This document shows positions 1 through 12,911 of a stretch of 64,000 bases of DNA, piece by piece (position 1 is the stretch's first letter; every line of letters starts with the position of its first letter). The notes beneath the pieces were generated by a model. It saw only the letters and a program-made list of their open reading frames with translations, did no database searches and was not told the origin of the DNA. The position numbers were made by a program, and so were the translations under genes. The stretch lies in the NCBI GenBank assembly GCA_963707435.1, contig CAVPPF010000005.1:390832-454831 (forward strand), written 5' to 3'. Source of the stretch: an uncultured Actinomycetota bacterium (GTDB lineage Bacteria; Actinomycetota; Acidimicrobiia; Spongiisociales; UBA4744).

Positions 1-3000
1 TCGGATCACCGGGGCCGTCACCGATGTCGGACCCACCGCCCCGGCCGCCGACGTCGAAGGGCTGGGCTACAACCCGTACGGTCAGCTGATGGGAACCTCC
101 GGTTCGGGCGCCCAACTGTGGGACTTCAACGAGACCACGGGGGCTGCCTCCAATCCCCGCAACCTGAACTACGGAGACTATGAATCAATCGACTGCAACA
201 CCGGCGGCAGTAATGCGATTAGCGGCACCGTGTTCAACGATCTCGACTCCAGCGGCGGCCAAGGAAGCGGCGAGCTGGGGATTCCCGGCGTCACCGTCAA
301 CCTCTACCGGGACACCAACGGAAACGGCTCCATCGATGCGGGTGAACCCCGGGTTGGAACGGTGACCACCGACGGGAACGGTCACTACGCCTTCGCAGTA
401 CGCACGACCGGTGCCTTCGTCCTCGACATTGACACCGGCACGCTCCCGGCCGGGGCCGTCATGACCACCGACAACCTCGAGGCAGCCGACTTCGGGACAG
501 CGTTCGGACAGTCGGACACCGGAAACGACTTCGGAGCGGTCGTGCCTCCCGCCATGTCGGTCACCAAGACCTCCGACCTGGCCGGACCGGTCGGACCCGG
601 TGATGTCATCACCTACACAATCACGGCGACCAACACCAGCACCGAAACCCAGACCGACATCGTGATCTCCGACCCGCTGCCGACTGGCACTACCTACGTC
701 TCGCAGTCGACCGTGGCCACAGGATATGAGAGCACCGCCGGCTCGTCGACCGTCACCTACGACAACATCGCCGACGTGGCCATCACATCAAATAGTTGCT
801 TCAACCGCACATTCTCCGTCTCGGAGGACCTGACATTGACCGACGTGGATCTCGGGTTCAACGCAGACCACACCTACCGGGGTGACATTCGACTCCGGTT
901 GACCTCTCCAGACGCCACCACGGTGACACTCGTGAACACGTCCAACGATTCCCGCGATGGATACGACTTGAAGTTCGACGATGCTTCGACGAATCCCATC
1001 AACGACGGCACCAACGACTCGACCGCCTCCCCCTACTACGACCGAACGGCCCGCCCGCAGAGCTTGTTGGGTGCCTTCAACGGAGAATCTTCGGCGGGAA
1101 CCTGGACTCTCGAGGTTTGCGATCTCGTGAGTGGCGATGTCGGCACCTACCACCGCTCACAGCTGGTCCTATCCGGAACCACATCCGGAATCTCCGCCGT
1201 TACCAGGGACAACGTTCCGGGCGGCGCCAATCCGGATCTGGTGGACGGTGTTCCCGCCGATCTCGTCGAAGCCGCCGACGGGTTCCTGCTCACGCAGGGA
1301 TCCTCGATGACGGTGACCTTCCAGGTTCAAGTCGACAACCCGCTAGGGGGTGGGATCACCGAAATCGAGAACACCGTAGCGGTCACATCCGATCAGCAAA
1401 CGACGCCAGTGACCGCATCCGACCTGCTTCCCGTCGGCTATGCCCCTGCCCTGGAAGTGGTGAAGTCGGGACCTGCCACGGCTGATGTCGGTGACACGGT
1501 CACGTACACCTTCTCGGTCACCAACGACAACGTCACCGGCGACGGGTCACCCATCACCATCACTGGTGTCACCGACGATGTGGCCGGAGCCGCTTCGTTC
1601 ACCGGAGGCGACGACGGCGACAACCTCCTCGAAGTCGGCGAAACCTGGACCTACCAAGCCACCCACACGGTCGGACTCGGCGACCCGGACCCCCTCGACA
1701 ACACCGTCACCGTCACCGGAACCGACCAGGACGGCGACCCCGTCCCCGACGCCACCGACACCCACAGCCTCGACATCGACTACGGTCCTGCCCTGGCGGT
1801 CGCCAAGTCCGGACCTGCCACCGCCAACGTGGGTGACACGGTCACCTACACCTTCTCGGTCGCCAACGACAACGTGGCGGGAGACGGGTCACCGATCACC
1901 GTCACCTCGGTCACCGACGACAACGCCGGGGCGGCTTCGTTCACCGGCGGCGACGACGGGGACAACCTGTTGGAGGTCGGTGAAACTTGGACCTACGAGG
2001 CGACCCACACGGTTGGGCTGGGCGACTCGGACCCACTGGTCAACACCGTCACCGTCACCGGCACCGACCAGGACGGCGACCCCGTAGCCGACGCCACCGA
2101 CACCCACAGCTTGGACATTGACTACGCCCCGGAGATCGATGTGGTGAAGTCGGGGCCGGCTACCGCAGACGTGGGTGACACGGTCACCTACACGTTCTCG
2201 GTCACCAACGACAACGTGGCCGGCGACGGATCCCCCATGACCGTCACCGGTGTCACCGACGATGTGGCCGGAGCCGCTTCGTACACCGGAGGCGACGACG
2301 GCGACAACCTCCTCGAAGTCGGCGAAACCTGGACCTACCAAGCCACCCACACTGTCGGACTCGGCGACCCGGACCCCCTCGACAACACCGTCACCGTCTC
2401 CGGCACCGACGCCGATGGAGACCCCGTGGCCGACGCCACCGACACCCACAGCTTGGACATCGACTATGAGCCTGTTCTCGACGTCACCAAGGCCGGACCT
2501 GCCACGGCAGATGTCGGCGACACGGTCACCTATACGTTCCAGGTGTTCCACGACGGGACCAGCGACGGCTCACCGGTCGCCAACGTGTTGGTCACGGACG
2601 ACATCGCTGGTACCGCGACCTATGTGTCCGGCGACAATGGCAACGGATTGCTCGAAGGGACCGAGATCTGGTTCTTCTCGGCCACCCACACCATCACCCT
2701 CACCGACCCCGACCCACTGAGCAACACTGTCACGGTTGCGGGAGATGACAGAGATGGGGACCCGATCACGCCTCCGACGGACGGTCATTCGCTCGATATC
2801 GACTACGCCCCTGCCCTGGATGTAGTGAAGTCGGGACCTGCCACGGCTGATGTCGGTGACACGGTCACGTACACCTTCTCGGTCACCAACGACAACGTCA
2901 CCGGCGACGGGTCACCCATCACCATCACTGGTGTCACCGACGATGTGGCCGGAGCCGCTTCGTTCACCGGAGGCGACGACGGCGACAACCTCCTCGAAGT

Positions 3001-6000
3001 CGGCGAAACCTGGACCTACCAAGCCACCCACACGGTCGGACTCGGCGACCCGGACCCCCTCGACAACACCGTCACCGTCACCGGAACCGACCAGGACGGC
3101 GACCCCGTCCCCGACGCCACCGACACCCACAGCCTCGACATCGACTACGGTCCTGCCCTGGCGGTCGCCAAGTCCGGACCTGCCACCGCCAACGTGGGTG
3201 ACACGGTCACCTACACCTTCTCGGTCGCCAACGACAACGTGGCGGGAGACGGGTCACCGATCACCGTCACCTCGGTCACCGACGACAACGCCGGGGCGGC
3301 TTCGTTCACCGGCGGCGACGACGGGGACAACCTGTTGGAGGTCGGTGAAACTTGGACCTACGAGGCGACCCACACGGTTGGGCTGGGCGACTCGGACCCA
3401 CTGGTCAACACCGTCACCGTCACCGGCACCGACCAGGACGGCGACCCCGTAGCCGACGCCACCGACACCCACAGCTTGGACATTGACTACGCCCCGGAGA
3501 TCGATGTGGTGAAGTCGGGGCCGGCTACCGCAGACGTGGGTGACACGGTCACCTACACGTTCTCGGTCACCAACGACAACGTGGCCGGCGACGGATCCCC
3601 CATGACCGTCACCGGTGTCACCGACGATGTGGCCGGAGCCGCTTCGTACACCGGAGGCGACGACGGCGACAACCTCCTCGAAGTCGGCGAAACCTGGACC
3701 TACCAAGCCACCCACACTGTCGGACTCGGCGACCCGGACCCCCTCGACAACACCGTCACCGTCTCCGGCACCGACGCCGATGGAGACCCCGTGGCCGACG
3801 CCACCGACACCCACAGCTTGGACATCGACTATGAGCCTGTTCTCGACGTCACCAAGGCCGGACCTGCCACCGCCAACCTCGGTGACACCCTCACCTACAC
3901 ATTCTCGGTCACCAACGACAACGCCGCAGGCGACGGATCCCCCATCACCGTCACCGGTGTCACCGACGATGTGGCCGGAGCCGCTTCGTACACCGGAGGC
4001 GATGACGGTGACAACCTGCTCGAAGTCGGCGAAACCTGGACCTACCAGGCGTCACACACGGTGACACTGTCGGATCCCGACCCGCTCCTCAATACGGTCA
4101 CCGTCTCCGGCACCGACCAGGACGGCGACCCCGTCCCCGACGCCACCGACACCCATTCACTTGACATCGACTACGCCCCGGAAATCGATGTAGTGAAGTC
4201 GGGGCCGGTTACCGCAGATGTTGGCGATACCGTCACCTACACATTCGCCGTGACCAACGACAACGTCACCGGAGACGGATCCCCCATCACCATCACCGGC
4301 GTCACCGACGACATCGCCGGAGCCGCCACCTATCAATCAGGCGACGACGGCGACAACCTCCTCGAAGTCGGTGAAACCTGGACCTACCAGGCATCACACA
4401 CGGTGACACTGTCGGATCCCGACCCGCTCCTCAATACGGTCACCGTCACCGGCACCGACCAGGACGGCGACCCCGTCCCCGACGCCACCGACACCCACAG
4501 CCTCGACCTCGACTACGGTCCTGCCCTGGCGGTCGCCAAGTCCGGACCTGCCACCGCCAACGTGGGTGACACGGTGACGTACACGTTCGCAGTCACCAAC
4601 GACAACGTCGCCGGAGACGGATCCCCCATCACCATCACCGGCGTCACCGACGATATCGCCGGAGCAGCCTCGTACACCGGTGGCGATGACGGCGACAACC
4701 TCCTCGAAGTCGGCGAAACCTGGACCTACACGGTGTCGTACACCATCCAGCCAATCGACCCGGATCCCCTCGCCAACACCGTCACCGTCACCGGAACCGA
4801 CCAGGACGGTGGAACGGTCACGGCCACCGACGGCCATTCGTTGGATGTCGAATTCGTTCCGGCAATGGGGGTCGTCAAGTCCGGTCCAGCTAGTGCAAGT
4901 GTTGGGGACACGGTCACCTTCACCTTCACCGTCACCAATGACAACGTCACCGGAGACGGCTCACCCATCACCATCACCGGCGTCACCGACGACATCGCCG
5001 GAGCCGCCACCTACCAATCCGGCGATGACGGGGACAACCTCCTCGAAGTCGGCGAAACCTGGACCTACCAAGCCACCCACACGACGACGCTGACCGACCC
5101 GGACCCGTTGGTAAACACGGTCACCGTCACCGGCACCGATGCCGATGGAGACGCAGTCACTCCCGCAACCGACACCCACAGCCTCGACATCGACTACGAC
5201 CCAGAGATCGATGTGGTGAAGTCGGGGTCGGCTACCGCAAACGTGGGTGACACGGTCACGTACTCGTTTGCGGTCACCAACGAAAACGTCATCGGGGACG
5301 GGTCACCAATTTCGGTCACTTCGGTCACCGACGACATCGCCGGAGCCGCCACCTACGTTTCCGGGGACGACGGCGACAACCTTCTCGAGGTCGGCGAAAC
5401 ATGGACCTACCAAGCCACTCACACGGTCGGGCTCGGGGATGCGGATCCGCTGGTCAACACAGTCACGGTCACCGGAACCGACCAGGACGGCGACCCCGTC
5501 ACCCCCGTCACCGACTCCCACTCCACCGACGTCGACTTCAACCCTCAACTCAACATCACTAAGGGGGGTCCGGCGAATGCCAATGTGGGTGACACACTCA
5601 CATTCACGTTCCTCGTGTTCCACGATGGAACGAGTGATGGGTCACCGGTCTACTCCGTCTCGGTCACCGACGACGTGGCTGGTAGCGCCACCTACGTGTC
5701 CGGCGATGACGGCGACGGGATCCTGCAGGCCAGCGAAATCTGGGCCTACTCCGTCACCTACACCGTTCAGCCGACCGACTCCGATCCGCTGATCAACACC
5801 GCCACCGTGACCGGCACCGATGCCGACGGAGATCCGATCACCCCTGCCACCGATACCCACTCCACCAACCTCGACTATGCCCCCGCCATGAGTGTGGCAA
5901 AGAGCGGGCCGGCCACCGCCAACCTCGGCGACACAGTCGCCTACACGTTCTCGGTCACCAACGACAACGTCACCGGGGACGGATCCCCCATCACCGTCAC

Positions 6001-9000
6001 CGGCGTGACCGACGACATCGCCGGAGCTGCCACCTACCAGTCCGGCGACGACGGCGACAACCTGCTCGAGGTCGGCGAAACCTGGACCTACCAGGCGTCA
6101 CACACCATCACCCTGTCGGACCCCGACCCGCTGATCAACACCGTGACCGTCACCGGCACCGACCAGGACGGCGACCTGGTCGCCAACGCCACCGACAGTC
6201 ACACGCTCGACATCGGATTCACCCCCGCCATCGACGTGGTCAAGAGCGGACCGGCCGGCGCCAGCGTGGGCGATACGGTGACCTATACCTTCTCGGTCAC
6301 CAACGACAACGCCACCGGGGACGGATCGCCCATCGCCATCGGCTCCGTCACCGACGACATCGCCGGAGCAGCCTCGTTCACCGGCGGTGACGATGGCGAC
6401 AACCTCCTCGAAGTCGGCGAAACCTGGACCTACCAGGCCACCCACACGATCCACCCGTCCGACCCCGACCCGCTGGTCAACACCGTCACCGTCACCGGCA
6501 CCGACCAGGACGGCGACCCAGTCGCCGACGCCAGCGACGGCCACTCAACAGGCATTGACTATGCCCCTGCTCTCGACGTCGTGAAGTCAGGGCCGGCCAC
6601 CGCCAACGTGGGCGACACCGTCACCTACTCCTTCGAGGTCACCAACGACAACGCAGCGGGCGACGGGTCGCCGATCACAGTTGCCTCAGTAACGGATGAC
6701 ATCGCCGGCGCCGCCACCTACCAATCAGGCGACGACGGCGACAACCTCCTCGAAGTCGGCGAAACCTGGACCTACCAGGCCACCCACACCATCACCCTGT
6801 CGGACCCCGACCCGCTGATCAACACGGTCACCGTCACCGGAACCGACCAGGACGGAGACCCCGTTCCGGACGCCACCGACACCCACTCCACCGCCCTCGA
6901 CTATGGACCTGGGCTGGATGTGGTCAAGTCCGGACCCGCCACCGCCAACGTGGGCAGCACTGTCACCTACACGTTCGCCGTGACGAACGACGGTGTTGTC
7001 GGGGATGGCTCACCGATCACCGTCACTTCAGTAACCGACGATGTGGCAGGTGCCGGCACATATCTGGCTGGTGATGACGGCGACAACCTCCTCGAAGTCG
7101 GCGAAACCTGGACCTACCAGGCCACCCACACGGTCGGACTCGGCGACCCGGATCCACTGGTCAACACCGTCACCGTCACCGGCAACCGACCAGGACGGAG
7201 ACCCCGTCCCCGACGCCACCGACACCCACTCCACCGACGTCGATTTCGGGCCGGTCCTCGATGTGACCAAGTCCGGGCCGGCTTCGGCGGCGATCGGCGA
7301 CACCGTGACGTACACCTTCTCGGTCACCAACGAAAACGTGACCGGAGACGGCTCACCCATCACCATCACCTCGGTCACCGACGACATCGCCGGAGCAGCC
7401 ACCTACCAATCCGGCGATGACGGGGACAACTTCCTCGAAGTCGGCGAAACCTGGACCTACCAGGCCACCCACACGGTCGGACTCGGCGACCCGGATCCGC
7501 TGGTCAACACGGTGACCGTCACGGGCACCGATGCTGACGGGGACCCGATCACCCCCGCCACCGACACCCACAGCCTGGACATCGGTTTCGCCCCGGTCCT
7601 CGATGTGACCAAGTCCGGGCCGGCCACCGCAGATGTGGGCGACACCGTCACCTACGCGTTTGCCGTGACCAACGACAACGTGGCCGGAGACGGCTCACCC
7701 ATCACCATCACCTCGGTCACCGACGACGTCGCCGGAGCAGCCACCTACCAATCCGGCGATGACGGGGACAACCTCCTCGAAGTCGGCGAAACCTGGACCT
7801 ACCAAGCCACCTACACCATCCAGGCCACCGACCCGGATCCGCTCACCAACACCGTGACCGCCACCGGAACCGACCAGGACGGAGACCCCGTCCCAGACGC
7901 CACCGACACCCACTCCACCGACGTGGGCTACGCACCGGCTCTCGACGTGGTCAAGTCCGGTCCGGCCATGGCGGCAGTCGGGGAAACGGTCACCTACACG
8001 TTCGCGATCACCAACGACAACGTGGCCGGAGACGGCTCACCCGTCACCATCACCGGAGTCACCGACGATGTCGCCGGAGCGGCCACCTACCAATCCGGCG
8101 ACGACGGCGACAACCTCCTCGAAGTCGGCGAAACCTGGACCTACCAAGCCACCCACACCATCACCCTGTCGGACCCCGACCCGCTCACCAACACCGTCAC
8201 CGCCACCGGCACCGACCAGGACGGCGACCCGGTGCCCGACGCCACCGACGCCCACGTCACGGACCTAATCAATCCGAGCATCGCCATCAGCAAGACCCCG
8301 GACCTGCAGACCGTCGTCACCGGCGGAACCGCCACGTTCACCGTCACGGTCACCAACACGGGGGACAGCACCCTGGCCGGTATCACCGTCACCGACCCGC
8401 TGGCACCCGACTGTGACCGTTCGCTGGGCGACTTCGGCCCGGGCGCCTCCATCACCTACACCTGCACGCTCTCCGGAGTGGCTGCCGACTTCACCAACAC
8501 GGCCACGACAGCCGGGACCGACCTGCTGGGCAACCCGGTGACGGACTCCGACACGGCCGACGTCACCGTGCTGATCCCGACGATCGACATCCAGAAGACC
8601 CCGGATCTGCAGACCATCGCCCTGAACGGAGATGCGACCTTCACGATCACCGTGACCAACACCGGACCGGTCGACCTCACCAATGTCGCCGTCGCCGATC
8701 CGCTCGCCCCCACGTGTGACTCGACCATCGGTGACCTGGCCGCCGGCGCGTCGACTTCGTACGCCTGCACGCTCGCCGGGGTGACGGCCGACTTCACCAA
8801 CACCGCCACCGTCACCGGGGACGATCCACTCGGTAACCCAGTCTCGGACAGTGACGACGCCGTCGTCGACGTCATTGCTCCGGCCATCGAGATCCAGAAG
8901 ACCCCCGACGTCCAGAACGCGGTCAGCGGGGCTGACGCCACCTTCACCATCTCGGTGATCAACAGCGGCGACACCAACTTGACCAACGTGGTCGTCTCGG

Positions 9001-12000
9001 ATCCGCTCGTTCCGGCCTGCGACGCCACTATCGGCGATCTGGCCGCCGGAGCGTCGACGTCGTACGTATGCTCACTGGCCGGGGTGACGGCCGACTTCAC
9101 CAACACCGCCACGGCAACCGGGTCAGACCTGCTGGGCAATCCCGTGACCGACACCGACACTGCCCAGGTGAACGTGCTGATCGGCTCGATCGAGATCCAG
9201 AAGACCCCCGACAGCCAGCTGGTGCCTTACGGCGGTGACGCCGACTTCACAATCGCTGTGACCAACACCGGACCGATCGACCTCACCAACGTGACCGTCA
9301 CCGATCCGCTGGCTCCCGCCTGCGACAACGCCATCGGTGACCTGCCGTCTGGAACGACCGTCACCTATGGGTGCACCATGCCGGGTGTGCTGGCCGATGT
9401 GACCAACGTCGCCACAGTGAATGCCAACGACACTGCGGGCAACCCCTACACGGGCACGGACGACGCCGACGTCACCATCGTCACCCCGGTCGTCGAAATC
9501 GAAAAGACGCCGGATCTGCAGACAATCCTGACCGGCGGAGACGCAACGTTCACCATCACCGTGAGCAACAACGGGGATGTCGATCTCAGCAACGTCGCCG
9601 TTTCCGATCCCTTGGCTCCCAACTGCGACAACGCCATCGGTGACCTGACTGCCGGGGCGTCGACGTCGTATGCCTGCACGCTCACCGGAGTGGCAGCCGA
9701 CTTCACCAACACCGCTACCGTGACCGCCGAGGATCCCTTCGGCAATCCTCTCACCGACAGCGACACGGCCGATATCGATGTGATCGACCCGGGCGTCGAG
9801 ATCCAGAAGACACCCGACACCCAAACCATCTTGTCCGGTGACGATGCCCACGTTCACCATCACCGTGACCAACACCGGCGATGTACTACTCACCGGCGTG
9901 ACGGTCACAGATCCGCTCGCTTCTGACTGCGATGCCCTCATCGGCGACATGGCCATCGGCACAACGACCTCCTATTCGTGCACGATGACGGCCGTCGCCG
10001 AGGATGTTGGTGAACATCGCCTCGGTGACGGCCGGAGATCCGCTCGGCAATCCTCATACGGACTCCGATGATGCCGCCGTGGACGTCGTCAACCCGGCGG
10101 TTGCCATCGAGCAAGACCCCGGACCTGCAGACCGTCGTCACCGGCGGGGACGCAACGTTCACCATCACCGTCACCAACACCGGAGACACCCACCTCACCG
10201 ACGTCACGGTCGTCGACCCGCAGGCCCCGGCCTGTGACACCGTCGTGGCCAGTCTCGACGCCGGCGACTCTTACACCTACAGTTGCGATGAGTCCGGTGT
10301 GGTAGCCGATTTCACCAACTCCGCATCGGTGAGTGCGACAGATCCGATCGGCAACCCCGTGGACGTCGACACCGCCCAGGTCAACGTGATCAAGCCGTCC
10401 ATCGAGATCCAGAAGATCCCCGACCTCCAGACCATCCCGGTCGGCGGCGATGCCACGTTCACCATCACGGTCACCAACACCGGACCCGTGGCCTTCACCG
10501 ACGTGGCGGTCAGCGATCCACTCGCTCCCGATTGCGACAACACGATCGGTGATCTGGCGATCGGCGCCTCGGTCACGTACTCGTGCACCATGCCAGGACT
10601 GCTGGCGGACATCGTGAATACGGCCACGGTGAATGGCGACGATCCGATCGGCAACCCGTGGACCGACAGCGATACCGCCGATGTCGATGTGATCGCCCCC
10701 GACATTCAGATCGACAAGACGCCGGACAATCAGAGTGTCCCGCTAGGTGACACCGCTACCTTCACCATCACGGTGACCAACACCGGTGACGTAGACTCTG
10801 TCCAATGTCACGGTGACCGATCCGCTGGCTCCCGGTTGTGACGCATCGTCGGTGACCTGGCTTCTGGCACGTCCACTTCCTATGTCTGCACCCTCACCGG
10901 AGTGATCGCCGATTTCACCAACACCGCCACCGTCACCGCCAACGACCCCCTCGGCGGCGTCACCGACACCGACACCGCCGACGTCAACGTGATCCTCCCG
11001 TCGATCGAGATCCAAAGACCCCCGACAACCAGACCGTGATCACCGGCGGCGACGCCACCTTCACCATCACCGTCACCAACACCGGACCCGTCGCCTCACC
11101 GACGTCACCGTGCCGACCCGCTCGCCCCGGCCTGCGACGCCACCTGCCGGCGACCTGGCCATCGGCGCCACCACCCCTACGCTGCACCCTCACCGGTGAC
11201 TGCCGACTTCACCAACACCGCCACCGTCACCGCCGATGACCCGCTCGGCGGCGCCGTCACCGACACCGACACCGCCGACGTCAACGTCCTCCACCCCTCC
11301 ATCTAATCCAAAAGACCCCCGACAACCAGCCGTCATCCCGGCGGCGACACGCCACCTTCACCATCACCGTCACCAACACCGGACCCGTCGCCCTGGCCAA
11401 CGTCACCGCCGACCCGCTCACCCCCCCTGCGACGACACCATCGGCGACCTGGCAGTCGGGCCACCACACCTATGTCTGCACCCTCACCGGGGTGACCGCC
11501 GACTTCACCAACACGCCACCGTCACCGGCATCGACCCCCTCGGCGGCGCGTCACCGACACCGACACCGCCGACGTCACCGTCATCGCTCCCCACGATCGA
11601 GATCCAGAAGACACCCGACAACCAAATCTGTGACACCGGGGCGACGCCACCTTCACCATCACCGTCACCAACACCGGACGCCGTCGCCCTGACCAACGTC
11701 ACCGAGCCGACCGCTGGCCCCCGCCTGCGACGCCACCGATCGGCGACCTCGCCACCGGCGCCACCACCGCCAATGCCAGCACGATCACCGACGTGACCCC
11801 CGACCCCAACGGACCGCCACCGACACCTACAACTACCCCCTCGGCGGCGCCCTCTGCGACACCGCCACCGTCACCATCACCGTGACCGCTGCAGGCGCAA
11901 ACACCAACCCGAGCGCGGCCGATGATGCAGCGACGACTCCCGAGGACGCGGCTGTGGGCATCAGTCCGCTGACCAACGACACCGACGCCGACGGTGACAC

Positions 12001-12856
12001 CCTCACCATCCATTCGGTCACTCAACCGGCCAACGGCACCGTCGTCGACAACGGCGACGGAACCATCACCTATACCCCCGACCCCAACTACTCGGGGACC
12101 GACAACTTCACCTACACCATCTCCGACGGGAACGGCGGCACCGCCACGGCCACCGTCACCGTGAACGTCACTCCGGTCAACGACGCACCGGTCGCGATCG
12201 ATGATGCAGCATTCACCGGACCCGGAACGCCGGTCGTCATACCGGTGCTCGGGAACGACACCGACGCCGACGGTGACCCCCTCACCGTGGCTTCGGCGAC
12301 TGCACCGACCAACGGAACGGTAACGATCAACCCGGATGGGACCATCACCTACACCCCCAACACCGGCTACAGCGGAATCGACACGTTCACCTATGTCGTG
12401 TCCGACGGGAACGGCAGCACTTCCACCGCCACCGTGACGGTCGAGGTCGGCGTCGCCAATAATCCACCGACCTTCACGAGCAATCCCGCCAATACCTCTC
12501 AAACAGTCGAGGTCGGAGGCACACTGCTTCCGCTGACAGGACTCGATCCGGACGGCGACACCTACAGCTTCATCCTGTCGGCCGGCTCTCTCCCACCCGG
12601 AGTCACCCTCAATCCCGACGGCACCTTCAGCGGTTCACCGACCAGCCCCGGGACCTTCACCGCCACCATCACTATCTGCGACAGCTACTGGTCTCGTGCT
12701 CGAGCGGAGTCCTAACGATCCAGGTAGTCGCTCCCGGCGCACTCCCCTACACCGGCGTCGACTTCCGGCGCTCTGGCCGTCGTGGGAATGCTGATGCTGT
12801 TGATGGGCGGTTCGCTCGTCGCGGCTTCACATCGACGGCGCGAACGGGGCATCTAG
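1..12856 (+). CDS. Giant LPXTG-anchored repeat adhesin, more than 4200 aa, 5'-partial. Domains: SdrD-B/Cna-B-like, DUF11, proprotein-convertase P-domain, about 20 DUF11-like type-A repeats (~114 aa), about 13 type-B Cys-containing repeats (~100 aa), cadherin/He_PIG Ig-like modules, then LPYTG+TM+RRRERG. Reading frame broken by at least 10 single-nt indels from ~7184 onward (pseudogene or sequencing errors).
   Basis: Frame 2 is open from nt 2 (no stop before the ATG at 89). The 2443-aa ORF 89..7420 shows SGTVFNDLDSSGG...GHYAF (SdrD B-like) and a P-domain (NRTFSVSEDLTLTDVDLGFNADHTYRGDIRLRLTSPDATTV...WTLEVCDL). Tandem units end in HSLDIDY. The repeat content continues in shifted frames: ORFs 7041..9926, 10068..10841 and 11882..12715. 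The C-terminus carries LPYTG followed by a hydrophobic stretch and RRRERGI*. Confidence 0.6.
1460..2503 (+). repeat. Copy 1 of a perfect ~1.04-kb intragenic duplication (about 3 adhesin repeat units)
   Basis: ORF-track translations 1485..2087 and 2850..3452 are 100% identical, as are 1438..1623 and 2803..2988. The nucleotide lines match exactly from ~1460/2825 up to the divergence at 2503/3868. Confidence 0.8.
2825..3868 (+). repeat. Copy 2 of the perfect ~1.04-kb intragenic duplication (offset 1365 bp)
   Basis: Identical to 1460..2503. Diverges at gccacggcagatgtc versus gccaccgccaacctc. Confidence 0.8.
12742..12856 (+). other. Sortase sorting signal of the adhesin: LPYTG motif, hydrophobic TM segment (ALAVVGMLMLLMGGSLVAA) and positively charged tail (SHRRRERGI*). 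The motif and the TM segment are separated by a 1-nt frameshift.
   Basis: Manual translation: ctc ccc tac acc ggc in frame 1 gives LPYTG. The TM segment plus tail read in frame 2 and end at TAG 12854-12856. Confidence 0.55.
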
Positions 12857-12862
12857 GCAAAC

Positions 12863-12893
12863 GAGGAGGGCGCCGCCGAAGCGACGCCCTCCT
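12863..12893. terminator. GC-rich perfect 10-bp-stem hairpin between the convergent adhesin and permease genes (candidate bidirectional terminator)
   Basis: gaggagggcg ... cgccctcctc are exact reverse complements. Followed by gattgtgttg. Confidence 0.45.
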
Positions 12894-12911
12894 CGATTGT
12901 GTTGACGTTGG

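Noticed and set aside
1438-7651. Many 60-220-aa minus-strand ORFs inside the adhesin (e.g. 1889..2551, 3254..3814, 6098..6544)
   Set aside because: They mirror the sense-strand repeats and are duplicated along with them. Their GVGG/GDGDG low-complexity content fits antisense artefacts of the DUF11 repeat gene.
12857-12911. Possible small gene or sRNA between the adhesin and the permease
   Set aside because: Only 55 bp. It is fully explained by the GC hairpin terminator shared by the convergent genes.
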